This document shows positions 31,313 to 40,738 of a stretch of 64,000 nt of DNA, piece by piece (position 1 is the first letter of the stretch; every line of letters begins with the position of its first letter). This DNA comes from Candidatus Omnitrophota bacterium. Lineage in GTDB: Bacteria; Omnitrophota; Gorgyraeia; Zapsychrales; Zapsychraceae. The position numbers were made by a program, and so were the translations under genes. Below the pieces are notes generated by a model. The model did not search any database and was not told the DNA's origin. It worked only from the letters and a program-made list of their open reading frames with translations. The stretch lies in the NCBI GenBank assembly GCA_003528115.1, contig DOGZ01000004.1, positions 572 through 64,571 of the forward strand. Direction: 5' to 3'.

Positions 31313-33151
31313 TTATACTGAGGCGAGCGTAGAAAGTGAATGCGGGAAGATATGGCGATGTTTAGCTATAAAATGATCAATTTTCTTTTTAAAAGACTGC
31401 AACTCTTCTAAGGCTTTATTTTTATGCTCTTGGGTTTCATCGAGCATTTTAGGAAATAGTTTTTTGTAATATTCAATCCCCTCCAATAAATTATTCTTAA
31501 ACTCATTTAAGTGCGCTATTTGTTTCTCCGTCGGTTTAAGGGTGAGTTTCTTGACTTCCTTTATAAAATAATCCATGTATAAATTTAATTCTTTGATGAA
31601 CATATGAGACCGTTGTTGGGTATTTAATAAATTCACCCGCCCGTAAATGTGGCCAACCATATCCGCAAGAGAAACGATCTTTGAAAAATAGGCGATATTC
31701 GGCCCGGGACAAACGGCTGTAAATTCCTGAGCGTTATTCCTGCTTAATTGGTAATTAATTAATGGGGAGGCCGCTAAATCATGACAAATACAAGATTTGT
31801 TTACTATTGCATCATGTTGGATTTTGTAAGTCTCAGAATCAAGGTCCATTTGAAGCAATTGGTCTAATTTTAATTTTTGATATTGTCTGGAAGCGGTACA
31901 AATAGGTTTCTCGGTAAATTCCGTATTGGAGACAAGATAACCTTTAAGGCAGGCGCTTCCAGCCCGTCCTTTTTCAATACGTCTAAATTTTTTTATTTCA
32001 CTTAAAGAGGCCTTGAGGTTATTAAAAGGGACGCCTAAAGGAGAGACATCGCTCAGTTCGACATCCTCCTCACCGGCAGCGCACAATTTTTCCAGTGTTT
32101 CTGGATCGACACTCGTGGTTTCGGGAACGAGAAGAAATGGGGTCCCCCACCCGGCTGATTCAAGTTGATAATAGGACAACAAAAAATTATGTTCTTGATG
32201 TGTGCCAATGCCTCCTTGAGCGGTAATTTTAATAGGATGAGGATGGTTGAAGGTTTTTTCATTTCTTAATTTTAAAGCGGCTTCGTAGATGTCCTGCAGG
32301 GTTTGAATAAATTCCTGTCTTTTGGTCTTGAATTCTTCGAGGATGGGCCCCATCAAAGAGCCGTTTGAGGCGAAGGCGTGCCCTCCGCAATTTAGTCCGG
32401 ATTCGACGCGATATTCTGAGACCCAGATGCCTTTTTGAGCGAAAAACTTTCCCTGGATGATGGAGGAACGATAATCGGTTACTTTAAGGACAATTCTTTT
32501 CTTGATAAATCCGCTGGCGTCGGCATAAAAGTCCTTGAATTTTTCAACGTAACTATACAGTTTTCGATTAATGCCGGCGGAGAAAACAACAGCCGAATTT
32601 AAAGTGCTCTTGGCATAACCGCGTAATGCTGCGAGGGCGTCGGAGAATTCAGAAGGGAGAGGCGTATTATCTTTCCCGTAGTTCAGCCGATCCAGTTTCG
32701 TCATAATATTGACATCAATCGCGCCGGGTCTCATCTGTGAACGGAGTTGGTCTTGCATGTTTTTCTTTAGAACCGGATCTTGCGCAGCGAGCATTTGATG
32801 ATAGAGAGTCTTTAAAGGAGAGGTTTCGGGGAGCATTTCAAAATATTTCGTGATCTCAGTGTTTATTTCAAAACAAGAAGATTTCACCTCTTCAAAGTTC
32901 TTCTTAACGATACGGTCAAGCAAGTCCAGGTAGGCCGTGATGCGTCTCGCCCGGTAATCCTCGTCATTTTGCGTGATAGGAATATAATTCTCCTCCATAA
33001 CGCCACAATAATATTGACGCATCTGTTCGATGAGTGTATCATCAACCAAAGAAATCACAGAGGATATTCCATATTGGGCGACTTTCACAGGTGTATTGAT
33101 GGTAAAGCCTGTCCCCATTACCGGGATATGGAATGTGTGTAAATCATTCAT
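31313..33151 (-). CDS. Conserved hypothetical protein; putative FMN TIM-barrel (NMO/FabK/FabX-like) with Cys-rich C-terminal region
   Basis: 612-aa ORF with AAGGAG SD; IPVMGTG, VFSAG, ESGLNCGGH, AQGGIG, WGTPFL; Cys in CLKGY, ICTAS, CICHDL, VCPGP. Function is inferred. Confidence 0.6.
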   Translation of the reverse strand: MNDLHTFHIPVMGTGFTINTPVKVAQYGISSVISLVDDTLIEQMRQYYCGVMEENYIPITQNDEDYRARRITAYLDLLDRIVKKNFEEVKSSCFEINTEITKYFEMLPETSPLKTLYHQMLAAQDPVLKKNMQDQLRSQMRPGAIDVNIMTKLDRLNYGKDNTPLPSEFSDALAALRGYAKSTLNSAVVFSAGINRKLYSYVEKFKDFYADASGFIKKRIVLKVTDYRSSIIQGKFFAQKGIWVSEYRVESGLNCGGHAFASNGSLMGPILEEFKTKRQEFIQTLQDIYEAALKLRNEKTFNHPHPIKITAQGGIGTHQEHNFLLSYYQLESAGWGTPFLLVPETTSVDPETLEKLCAAGEEDVELSDVSPLGVPFNNLKASLSEIKKFRRIEKGRAGSACLKGYLVSNTEFTEKPICTASRQYQKLKLDQLLQMDLDSETYKIQHDAIVNKSCICHDLAASPLINYQLSRNNAQEFTAVCPGPNIAYFSKIVSLADMVGHIYGRVNLLNTQQRSHMFIKELNLYMDYFIKEVKKLTLKPTEKQIAHLNEFKNNLLEGIEYYKKLFPKMLDETQEHKNKALEELQSFKKKIDHFIAKHRHIFPHSLSTLASV

Positions 33152-33314
33152 GAGTAACTCCTTAAGAAACTTTATTCATTTAATAAATTTCACTTTCAGT
33201 ATAATGAATAACTTATAAATTACAAGGACTTTATTCTTACACAGATCTGTGAAAAGTATAATTTTAAGCGCAATTACCCTTGGTTAACGCGTAACGATCA
33301 ATTGAGGATGACCC

Positions 33315-34415
33315 ATGAATAATGATTTTTATGCCCAACTTGTAAACACCAGTTTGAAGGGAAGAGCGTTCACTGAAGAAATCTTACATGCCATTTTAAC
33401 CTCCCAGGACATTGAGCTCTTACCCTTACTCAACGCGGCTTTTGAGATCCGAACAAGATTTCATGGTCAAGCGGTGACGATCCACATCATCAACAACGCG
33501 CAAAACGGGTATTGCCCTGAAGATTGTCACTATTGTGTTCAGGCCAAATCCTCTCGGGCAGATATTGAGGAATATCCCCTAAAGTCTGATGAGGAAATCT
33601 TGGCTGAAGCCAAGAGCGCTTATGAAAAGGGCGCGTATCGTTATTGTATGGTCTTTGCCGGCCGTGAACCGTCTCAAAAACGTGTGGAACATCTTTCAAG
33701 GCTTATACGGGATATTAAATTAAAGTTCCCTATCGAAGTTTGCGTTTCGCCTGGCATTATCGACCTGGAAAAGGCGCGGTTACTTAAGAAAGCTGGTTTG
33801 GACCGTCTGAATCACAATCTGAATACATCTCAACAGAATTATCCCAATATTTGTACAACGCACACCTTCGAGGATCGAATTAATACATTAAGAGCGGCTC
33901 GACAGGCGGAACTGCAGTTATGTTCAGGGGTGATCATCGGAATGGGAGAGAAAGCCTCGGATATCATTGAAATGGCTAGGACATTGAGAGAAATGAACGT
34001 TGAATCTATTCCGGTCAATTTTTTTATCCCCATAGAAGGGACTCAATTAAAGGAACAACCGGCGCTTGATCCGGCCTATTGTTTGCGTGTCTTGTGTTTG
34101 TTCCGATTTGTTAATCCTGAGGCGGATATCCGTATGGCCGCGGGCAGGGAGATTTATCTGCGTCAAATGGAAGTCATGGGGTTGTATCCGGCAAACTCTT
34201 TATTTATGGAGGGTTACCTGAACACTAAGGGGACAAGTCGAAGCCAAACCTTGCAGATGATTAAAGACGCTGGATTTTCGATTCGATCAGAATACTCTCT
34301 TGATGACCTTTTGAGAGAAGAAAAATCTCCGTCATGTCCACCATCGGACAGCGCGACAAAATCTCTGATAAAAGGATTAAAAGATTTGAGACCGCACCTG
34401 CTCGTTCAAGAGTAA
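33315..34415 (+). CDS. bioB: Biotin synthase
   Basis: CPEDCHYCVQ, RYCMV, NHNLNT, CSGVIIGMGE, IRMAAGRE. Confidence 0.93.
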   Translation: MNNDFYAQLVNTSLKGRAFTEEILHAILTSQDIELLPLLNAAFEIRTRFHGQAVTIHIINNAQNGYCPEDCHYCVQAKSSRADIEEYPLKSDEEILAEAKSAYEKGAYRYCMVFAGREPSQKRVEHLSRLIRDIKLKFPIEVCVSPGIIDLEKARLLKKAGLDRLNHNLNTSQQNYPNICTTHTFEDRINTLRAARQAELQLCSGVIIGMGEKASDIIEMARTLREMNVESIPVNFFIPIEGTQLKEQPALDPAYCLRVLCLFRFVNPEADIRMAAGREIYLRQMEVMGLYPANSLFMEGYLNTKGTSRSQTLQMIKDAGFSIRSEYSLDDLLREEKSPSCPPSDSATKSLIKGLKDLRPHLLVQE

Positions 34416-34546
34416 TCTTTTTCAAAATGAATAAGCCCCTCTGTTTGCGGATAAAAAAATAATTTTAGTGTTGCCAAGATTGAGGTAAATGTTATATTAA
34501 GCTAAAATATTTTTTATAAAAAATTATTTCTTTATCGAGGTGAAAT

Positions 34547-36370
34547 ATGAGTACTGAAAAACGAAAAGTAGTGCGATTTGAGCTGCTCATGGATGCTGGT
34601 TTCGGCGCCCAGAAGATCGGCGATATCTTAATTCAGGCCATGGCTAAGACGGGCCGCTATGTTTATATTGAGCCCATGATCCCGGCAGAAATCAGTCCGC
34701 CGCCAAGAACACGTGCCGCCTTGTCCGGAGTCATCATCCGTGTGGGGGATTTTGATATCACCAATATCGGCAATAACACCGATGTTATTTTGGCCGCTCA
34801 TGAAATTGTGCTGGATCGCAGACTGGATGATGAGGAGCACAATCCGCATTGCCACATCTTATTAGACATCGGAGAAAAGAAAAACAATGAGGAATCCTAT
34901 GAGCAGGTCTGCAAACGCGTCACTAAATTAGGATTGAATTTATATCCCTTTGAAATTACGTCCGAGGCGAGCTTGCTCGTTAAATCTCTCGGCGGAAAAG
35001 GTAAGAATATGTTTTATATGGGGATGCTTGGATGCATTTATAACGCCTCTGTTGACGCGATTATTAATGAAATTAAACTGACGTTCGGTAAAAAACTAGA
35101 AGAAAGCGTATTAGAGAAAAATATTCAAATATTCCGTTACGGGTATCAATTCGCGAAAGAAAATATCACTTTGTCTTATGAGATTGAACCAACGGCCAAG
35201 AGTGATACGGAAAAAATTCTTATTGATGGCAATTCCGCCCTGGCCATGGGTATTGTTGACGCCGGTATAAAGCTCATCAGCGGTTATCCCATAACTCCAG
35301 CAACATCTATTTTGCATACCTTGGCGCGCACTCTTCCATCTTATGGAGGATTAGTTCATCAGGCCGAAGATGAAATTGCGGCCATCGGAACCGCCATCGG
35401 GGCCTATTTTGGCGGCGTTCCTTCAATCACGTGCACCTCAGGCCCGGGATTATCTCTTAAGCAAGAATTCATTGGTTACGCCACGGCCGCGGAAGTTCCT
35501 CTTATCCTTGTTGACGTCCAGAGATCCGGCCCTTCGACGGGAATGGCGACGAAGACAGAACAGTCGGATCTTGGGGCAGTTATTTTTGGCTGTCACGGGG
35601 ACAATACCAAGGTTGTTGTCAGTGTGGCGAATGTCATAGATTGTTTCTATGCCCCGCAATTTGCCCGTTATTTAGCCGAAAAACTCCGTTTACCCGTGTT
35701 TATCATGAGCGATTTTCAGACGGCTAATAGTTATAAAGTGATCAAAAAACTTCAAGTCAATGAAATGGAAAATGTGGATGACATTAAAGATTTTGTCCTG
35801 GAACGTTTTCATATGAACAGATTGCCGGATCAAATTGAGATGGTGCGTACTAGTCAAGATGCTCCTGGAACTCCGGGCGGGATGCGACGCGTCACAGGGC
35901 TTAACACGGACGCCTCTGGTCAGGTCAATTATTTTGCAGGGGCCAATCAGCGTTCCCATACCATCCGTAACGAAAAAGTGCATATCGTCCGACGGGCTTT
36001 AACCGCTCCTGAGAGATTCGGCCTGGAACAGGGGGAAATCTTAGTGGTGGGATGGGGGAGTACGCGAGGGGCTATTGAAGAGGCGGTGGATATGTGTATC
36101 AACCAAAAACTGCCTGTCGGCGGTATGCATTTCCGCGTTGTTTATCCATTGCCGCTCATGCTGAAAGAGATTTTTTCAAAATACAAGCATGTTGTCACCG
36201 TTGAAGCGGCCTACGGCGATTCTTATAAACCTTCTCCGTTGGCCACGCTTTTGCGGGCGGAAACACTTGTGGATGTCAGACCAATGATCTCAAGGGCTAC
36301 GGGACGACCGATACGCCCTCGAATTATTTTAGAAAAAACAAAGGAGATTTTAAATGGCCACTCAAATTGA
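34547..36370 (+). CDS. korA: 2-oxoacid:ferredoxin oxidoreductase alpha subunit (gamma-alpha fusion); substrate not determinable
   Basis: GYPITP, QAEDEIAA, TSGPG.SLK.E, QRSGPSTG..TK.EQSD. Confidence 0.88.
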   Translation: MSTEKRKVVRFELLMDAGFGAQKIGDILIQAMAKTGRYVYIEPMIPAEISPPPRTRAALSGVIIRVGDFDITNIGNNTDVILAAHEIVLDRRLDDEEHNPHCHILLDIGEKKNNEESYEQVCKRVTKLGLNLYPFEITSEASLLVKSLGGKGKNMFYMGMLGCIYNASVDAIINEIKLTFGKKLEESVLEKNIQIFRYGYQFAKENITLSYEIEPTAKSDTEKILIDGNSALAMGIVDAGIKLISGYPITPATSILHTLARTLPSYGGLVHQAEDEIAAIGTAIGAYFGGVPSITCTSGPGLSLKQEFIGYATAAEVPLILVDVQRSGPSTGMATKTEQSDLGAVIFGCHGDNTKVVVSVANVIDCFYAPQFARYLAEKLRLPVFIMSDFQTANSYKVIKKLQVNEMENVDDIKDFVLERFHMNRLPDQIEMVRTSQDAPGTPGGMRRVTGLNTDASGQVNYFAGANQRSHTIRNEKVHIVRRALTAPERFGLEQGEILVVGWGSTRGAIEEAVDMCINQKLPVGGMHFRVVYPLPLMLKEIFSKYKHVVTVEAAYGDSYKPSPLATLLRAETLVDVRPMISRATGRPIRPRIILEKTKEILNGHSN

Positions 36371-37274
36371 TGTTATGCCATCCAATGATCCATTTACCAT
36401 GAAGGACCTGAACACCGAACATCCGCGCTGGTGTGTCGGCTGCGGCGATTTTGGGATTATCATGGGATTAAAACGATTTATGGTTGAAAAACAGATACAG
36501 CCGCATATGACCGTTAATGTTTCGGGCATTGGCTGTTCCGGACGGGCTCCGTTTTATTTTAATACATACGGAATTCACGCCATCCATGGCCGTGCCATTA
36601 CGGTGGCCTTAGGGTTAGCCCTCACGAGACCGGATCTGAATATTTTTATTCATTCAGGAGACGGGGACGCCATGAGTATTGGAGGCAACCATCTTCTCCA
36701 TGGGATTAACAAGAATTTTAACTGCGTGTTTATCATGTATGACAATGAATTGTATTCGTTAACTAAAGGTCAGACATCTCCGACAACACGGAAAGGACAC
36801 CCCACGCAGACTCAACCCCTGGGGACCATGTTGGACCCGCTTAATCCCATCAGTTTTGTCCTGGGCGCGGGGGCTTCTTTCGCGGCAAGGACTGCGGATT
36901 GGATGCCGGATCATTTAACCAGCACATTAAAAGCGGCTTTTGATCACAAGGGGTTTTCCTTCGTTCATGTCTCCCAGAGATGTCCGCACTTCGATCCGGA
37001 AAACTTTGACCATAAAACAACCAATTGGTTTTCTTTCATTATCCATGAAAAAGGCATCCCTGCGGATAAACGTGTCGCCGAAAAAGTGGAAGTCATCACG
37101 CATGATCCATCCAACAAAGAAGAGGCGTTTAAACTGGCCAATCGTAAACATGCGTACTTTGGACTTTTTTATCATGATCCCCAGAAGCCCTGTTACGATG
37201 AGTTGTTACGCCGTCAAGTCAAAGAGGCCAAGCCTAAACCTCGATCAGGGATATTAGATAGTTTCAAAATCTAA
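36354..37274 (+). CDS. korB: 2-oxoacid:ferredoxin oxidoreductase beta subunit
   Basis: WCVGCGD, GIGCS, HGRA, GDGD...DN, TKGQTSPT. Confidence 0.9.
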   Translation: MATQIDVMPSNDPFTMKDLNTEHPRWCVGCGDFGIIMGLKRFMVEKQIQPHMTVNVSGIGCSGRAPFYFNTYGIHAIHGRAITVALGLALTRPDLNIFIHSGDGDAMSIGGNHLLHGINKNFNCVFIMYDNELYSLTKGQTSPTTRKGHPTQTQPLGTMLDPLNPISFVLGAGASFAARTADWMPDHLTSTLKAAFDHKGFSFVHVSQRCPHFDPENFDHKTTNWFSFIIHEKGIPADKRVAEKVEVITHDPSNKEEAFKLANRKHAYFGLFYHDPQKPCYDELLRRQVKEAKPKPRSGILDSFKI

Positions 37275-37312
37275 TAACAACACAGTTACCTTATTCCCTA
37301 TCCAAATTAATT

Positions 37313-38251
37313 ATGGAAAGACTTATTATTATAGGATCCGGCCCCGCAGCACATACAGCCGCCATTTACGCCGGACGGGCGCAGTTGGAACCTTTGCTTT
37401 TTGAGGGAATGATGGCCGGTGGAGTTGCCGCGGGAGGGCAATTAACGACGACGACCGAGGTGGAAAACTTTCCAGGTTTTCCTGAAGGCATTTCAGGCCC
37501 CGAGTTGATGTCGCGCATGCGCCAGCAATCCGTTCATTGCGGAACGCGAATCAAAACAATCACCGTAGATAAGGTCAATCTAAAAGTAAAACCCTTCCAA
37601 GTAGTGGCGGGTAAGGATACCATTGAAACAAAATCAATTATTATCGCCACGGGAGCCACCGCCCAACGCATGAATGTCTTGGGAGAAGACCGATTGTGGC
37701 AGAAAGGCATCTCCGCATGTGCCGTCTGTGACGGAGCCCTGCCCATTTTTCGCAATAAAGTTTTAGTTATTGTGGGCGGCGGCGATTCAGCAATTGAAGA
37801 AGCCACCCATTTGACCACATACGCCCAAAAAGTCATCATGTTGGTTCGTCGAGATGTTTTTCGTGCCTCTAAAGCCATGCAGACCAGGGCCCAGGCTAAT
37901 CATAAGATTGAAATCCTGTGGAACACAGAACTCAAGGAAGTTTTAGGGGATCGCGTCTTAACAAGTGTTAAAGTCGTCAATAATAAAACAAATAGGGAAT
38001 CCGTCCTTGAGGTAGGAGGTTTGTTTTATGCCATCGGCCACAAACCTAATACCGACTTTCTTGAGGACCAGCTTAATCTGGATGAGACCGGATACATCCT
38101 CACACGCCAAGGAACAACACTAACAAGCGTAGAAGGCGTCTTTGCCTGCGGTGATGTCCAGGATAGGAAATACCGCCAAGCCATAACGGCCGCTGGGACA
38201 GGTTGCATGGCGGCTCTTGAGGCAGAACATTACTTATCAACACATTCTTAA
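37313..38251 (+). CDS. trxB: Thioredoxin-disulfide reductase
   Basis: GSGPA, CAVCDG, GGGDSA.EEA, GD...YRQAITAAG.GC. Confidence 0.96.
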   Translation: MERLIIIGSGPAAHTAAIYAGRAQLEPLLFEGMMAGGVAAGGQLTTTTEVENFPGFPEGISGPELMSRMRQQSVHCGTRIKTITVDKVNLKVKPFQVVAGKDTIETKSIIIATGATAQRMNVLGEDRLWQKGISACAVCDGALPIFRNKVLVIVGGGDSAIEEATHLTTYAQKVIMLVRRDVFRASKAMQTRAQANHKIEILWNTELKEVLGDRVLTSVKVVNNKTNRESVLEVGGLFYAIGHKPNTDFLEDQLNLDETGYILTRQGTTLTSVEGVFACGDVQDRKYRQAITAAGTGCMAALEAEHYLSTHS

Positions 38252-38302
38252 TTATTCTCTGCATTCACTCCCTTTTCTCTTCATTCCTCATAATTTTTGT
38301 TC

Positions 38303-38331
38303 TTGTTCTAAAATGCTTTTGTGTCTATAAT
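38303..38331 (+). promoter_or_regulatory. sigma70-type promoter
   Basis: TTGTTC-N17-TATAAT. Confidence 0.6.
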
Positions 38332-38378
38332 GTGGCTTGCCGAATTAATTGAATGATAAATTTTGAGGAATTTAGTTT

Positions 38379-38420
38379 ATGCATATCCTAATCCTCAGAC
38401 AAAAATTATATTTTATTTAA
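38379..38420 (+). CDS. Putative 13-aa leader peptide MHILILRQKLYFI
   Basis: GAGGA 9 nt upstream of ATG; TAA overlaps the 5' base of the terminator stem; translation unproven. Confidence 0.3.
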   Translation: MHILILRQKLYFI

Positions 38421-38449
38421 GGGACGCCATAATCAGCGTCCCTTTTTTT
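38419..38449 (+). terminator. Intrinsic terminator
   Basis: aagggacgc-cataatca-gcgtccctt followed by T-run. Confidence 0.8.
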
Positions 38450-38540
38450 ATATGAAATGACTGACTGCCCCAAAAATAATGGAAGACTATAGCCGTCAGC
38501 CCAAACTTACCTGTTCAGCAACAACCTTTAAAATCTTTCT

Positions 38541-39935
38541 ATGTTAAACGAGGAAGAGTTATTAAGTATTATTACAAACACTGCGGATCATGTCATGGTC
38601 ACGGATCCTCATGGCAGAATTCTTTATGTGAACGCGGCATTTGAAAAAGACACAGGATATACCGCTGAAGATGTCATAGGTCAGACACCGGAAATATTTT
38701 GTCCTGTGGATATCAATGAGAACTATCATCAACAGATCCGTTCAGCTCACCGGATATTCCGCGTCATCCGTCATGTTACGATCAATAAAAAGAAAAATAA
38801 CCAAATATATTACGTGGATCAAACGATCAGTCCCCTCAAGGACAAAAGCGGACAAACCGTGAGGCTCGTTTCTGTTTGTAAAGATATGACGGAACGTGTC
38901 AAGGCTGAACAACGGATCATCAAATTAAATAAGAAATTGGAAACTGAGAATTTCAAACTTGAACAGGTTTTGAGCATAGAACAAGGTTTAAACACCCTTC
39001 TTGATATTAACAAACTCGTTGATTTTGTCGTTGCTAAGACGGTACAAGTCCTCGAAGCCAGAAGGTGTTCCTTAATGCTTTGTGATGAAAAAGAACAGGA
39101 GTTATGTATCCGCGGCCATAATGGACTGGATGAAAATATCATAAAAGAAAGCAGGATTAAAATCGGCGGGCCTTCTATTGCTGGTCAAGTCGCCCAAAGC
39201 GGCACCCCAGTGTTGGTATCGGATGTTGAGAAGGATAGACGTTTTCTCAGAAAAAATAAATCCTATTATAGAAAGAAATCTTTTATTATTGTTCCCATTA
39301 AATTAGGTGATAATTTAATTGGTGTTATCAATGTCACGGAGAAGAGTTCTTCTAAAGAAAAGACTTTTACTGAACTTGATTTAAAGATTCTTCAGTTGAT
39401 CGCCCGCCAGGTCGCGGTCGCCATTGAAACCGCCAAACTATTTAGAGAAGTGAAATATTTAACGATCACCGATGCCTCCACCAATTTGTACAATTATCGT
39501 CATTTTACTAAAAGTTTGGATCATGAAATCAAGCGCGTGGAGTGTTTCCAGAGGCCGTTATGCCTTCTGATGATGTGCTTAGAAAACATTGGTCCAGATC
39601 ATTCGCCTTTTGCCCACCTGGAACATGACATCTTACTCAAAGAAGTAGGGAAGGTCATTAAAGAGAATCTGCATAATGTGGATACCGCTTATCATTACGT
39701 GGGTGATGAATTTGTTGTTATCTTACCTGAAACAATGACTTCAGACGCGGAAATGATCGCTGAAAAAATTTTGAGAAATTCTCTGGAACTCTCCTTTATG
39801 CAAAGTATGTCGTTAAATATCGGTATTGCTGAATACGGCGAGGGGATGAACCGCCGCGATTTGATCCTCAAGGCCAATTCAGCCCTCTATAAAGCCAAAA
39901 AAGACGGCAAAAACAAGATATGCGCCTATGCTTAA
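38541..39935 (+). CDS. PAS-GAF-GGDEF sensor protein with degenerate cyclase domain
   Basis: PAS (YVNAAFEKDTGY), GAF (IAGQVA, GVINV), GGDEF altered to VGDEF, ALYKAKKDGKN. Confidence 0.85.
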   Translation: MLNEEELLSIITNTADHVMVTDPHGRILYVNAAFEKDTGYTAEDVIGQTPEIFCPVDINENYHQQIRSAHRIFRVIRHVTINKKKNNQIYYVDQTISPLKDKSGQTVRLVSVCKDMTERVKAEQRIIKLNKKLETENFKLEQVLSIEQGLNTLLDINKLVDFVVAKTVQVLEARRCSLMLCDEKEQELCIRGHNGLDENIIKESRIKIGGPSIAGQVAQSGTPVLVSDVEKDRRFLRKNKSYYRKKSFIIVPIKLGDNLIGVINVTEKSSSKEKTFTELDLKILQLIARQVAVAIETAKLFREVKYLTITDASTNLYNYRHFTKSLDHEIKRVECFQRPLCLLMMCLENIGPDHSPFAHLEHDILLKEVGKVIKENLHNVDTAYHYVGDEFVVILPETMTSDAEMIAEKILRNSLELSFMQSMSLNIGIAEYGEGMNRRDLILKANSALYKAKKDGKNKICAYA

Positions 39936-40106
39936 CCCCTCTTAAAACCTTCCGCCGATCACAGTAAAATGACAATAAAGGACAAAAGGACAAAAATTGA
40001 AGCTTGTGAAGAACCCATCTTTAAGATATACTACCCCCACTTGGCGCGAGGTCATCCGGCATAAGTCCGGGCGCTCTTATAATCGTACTTTGTAACGGAG
40101 GTTAAT

Positions 40107-40673
40107 ATGAAAGCAAGAAATTCCATTATCCTTTATTTTGTCTTAATGGTCTCCAGCATCTTTCTCACGCCTTCACATGGGAGGACGTGTGATTCCCTAA
40201 AAGAAGAACAGTCCAAAAATTGGAATGTGAAGAAAATCTTTATTAAAAAAGCCCATTGTATTCTTGAAAATCAGAAGGGGCTTGGACTCTCCAGTGAGCA
40301 AATTGAAAAGATAAAAGAGCTGAAATCAAAGTCAGAAAAAGAGGATATCATGAATACGGCTGAAGTAGAATCCTTGGACGTTGACGTCAAAGCCGCGTTG
40401 ATGCAAGACGACACGGATGTCAAGGCCATCAACAAACTCATCGACAAGAAATTTGAGTTTAAAAAGGCAAAGATGAAAGATTGGGTAGAATCTTATGCCG
40501 CTTTAAAGAATATCTTGAATGATGATCAAAAGAAGAAAATGAAAGATTTATTTGCTTCGGGTTATTGTCATCTAAAAAAGGATGGCTGGTGCCCATTAGA
40601 GAAAAAGGGTGCCCCGAGCGATTGTCCTTTTTCAAAAAAAGAATCAGATCCCGCCGTAACGAAGACGCCATAA
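40107..40673 (+). CDS. Exported Spy/CpxP/ZraP-like helical protein with Cys-rich tail
   Basis: Signal peptide; LGLSSEQIEKIKEL and ILNDDQKKK (LTxxQ-like motifs); GGAGG SD. Confidence 0.7.
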   Translation: MKARNSIILYFVLMVSSIFLTPSHGRTCDSLKEEQSKNWNVKKIFIKKAHCILENQKGLGLSSEQIEKIKELKSKSEKEDIMNTAEVESLDVDVKAALMQDDTDVKAINKLIDKKFEFKKAKMKDWVESYAALKNILNDDQKKKMKDLFASGYCHLKKDGWCPLEKKGAPSDCPFSKKESDPAVTKTP

Positions 40674-40738
40674 AAGCTGATTTAATGACCTTCCAAACTT
40701 TGGGATAAAATATTCCCAATAAGACGCCCTTAAAAAAT

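Noticed and set aside
33152-33314. BirA operator upstream of bioB
   Set aside because: No TGTAAAC-N-GTTTACA-type palindrome visible
40041-40080. GC-rich hairpin upstream of the Spy-like gene as a riboswitch
   Set aside because: Too short and matches no consensus I recognise
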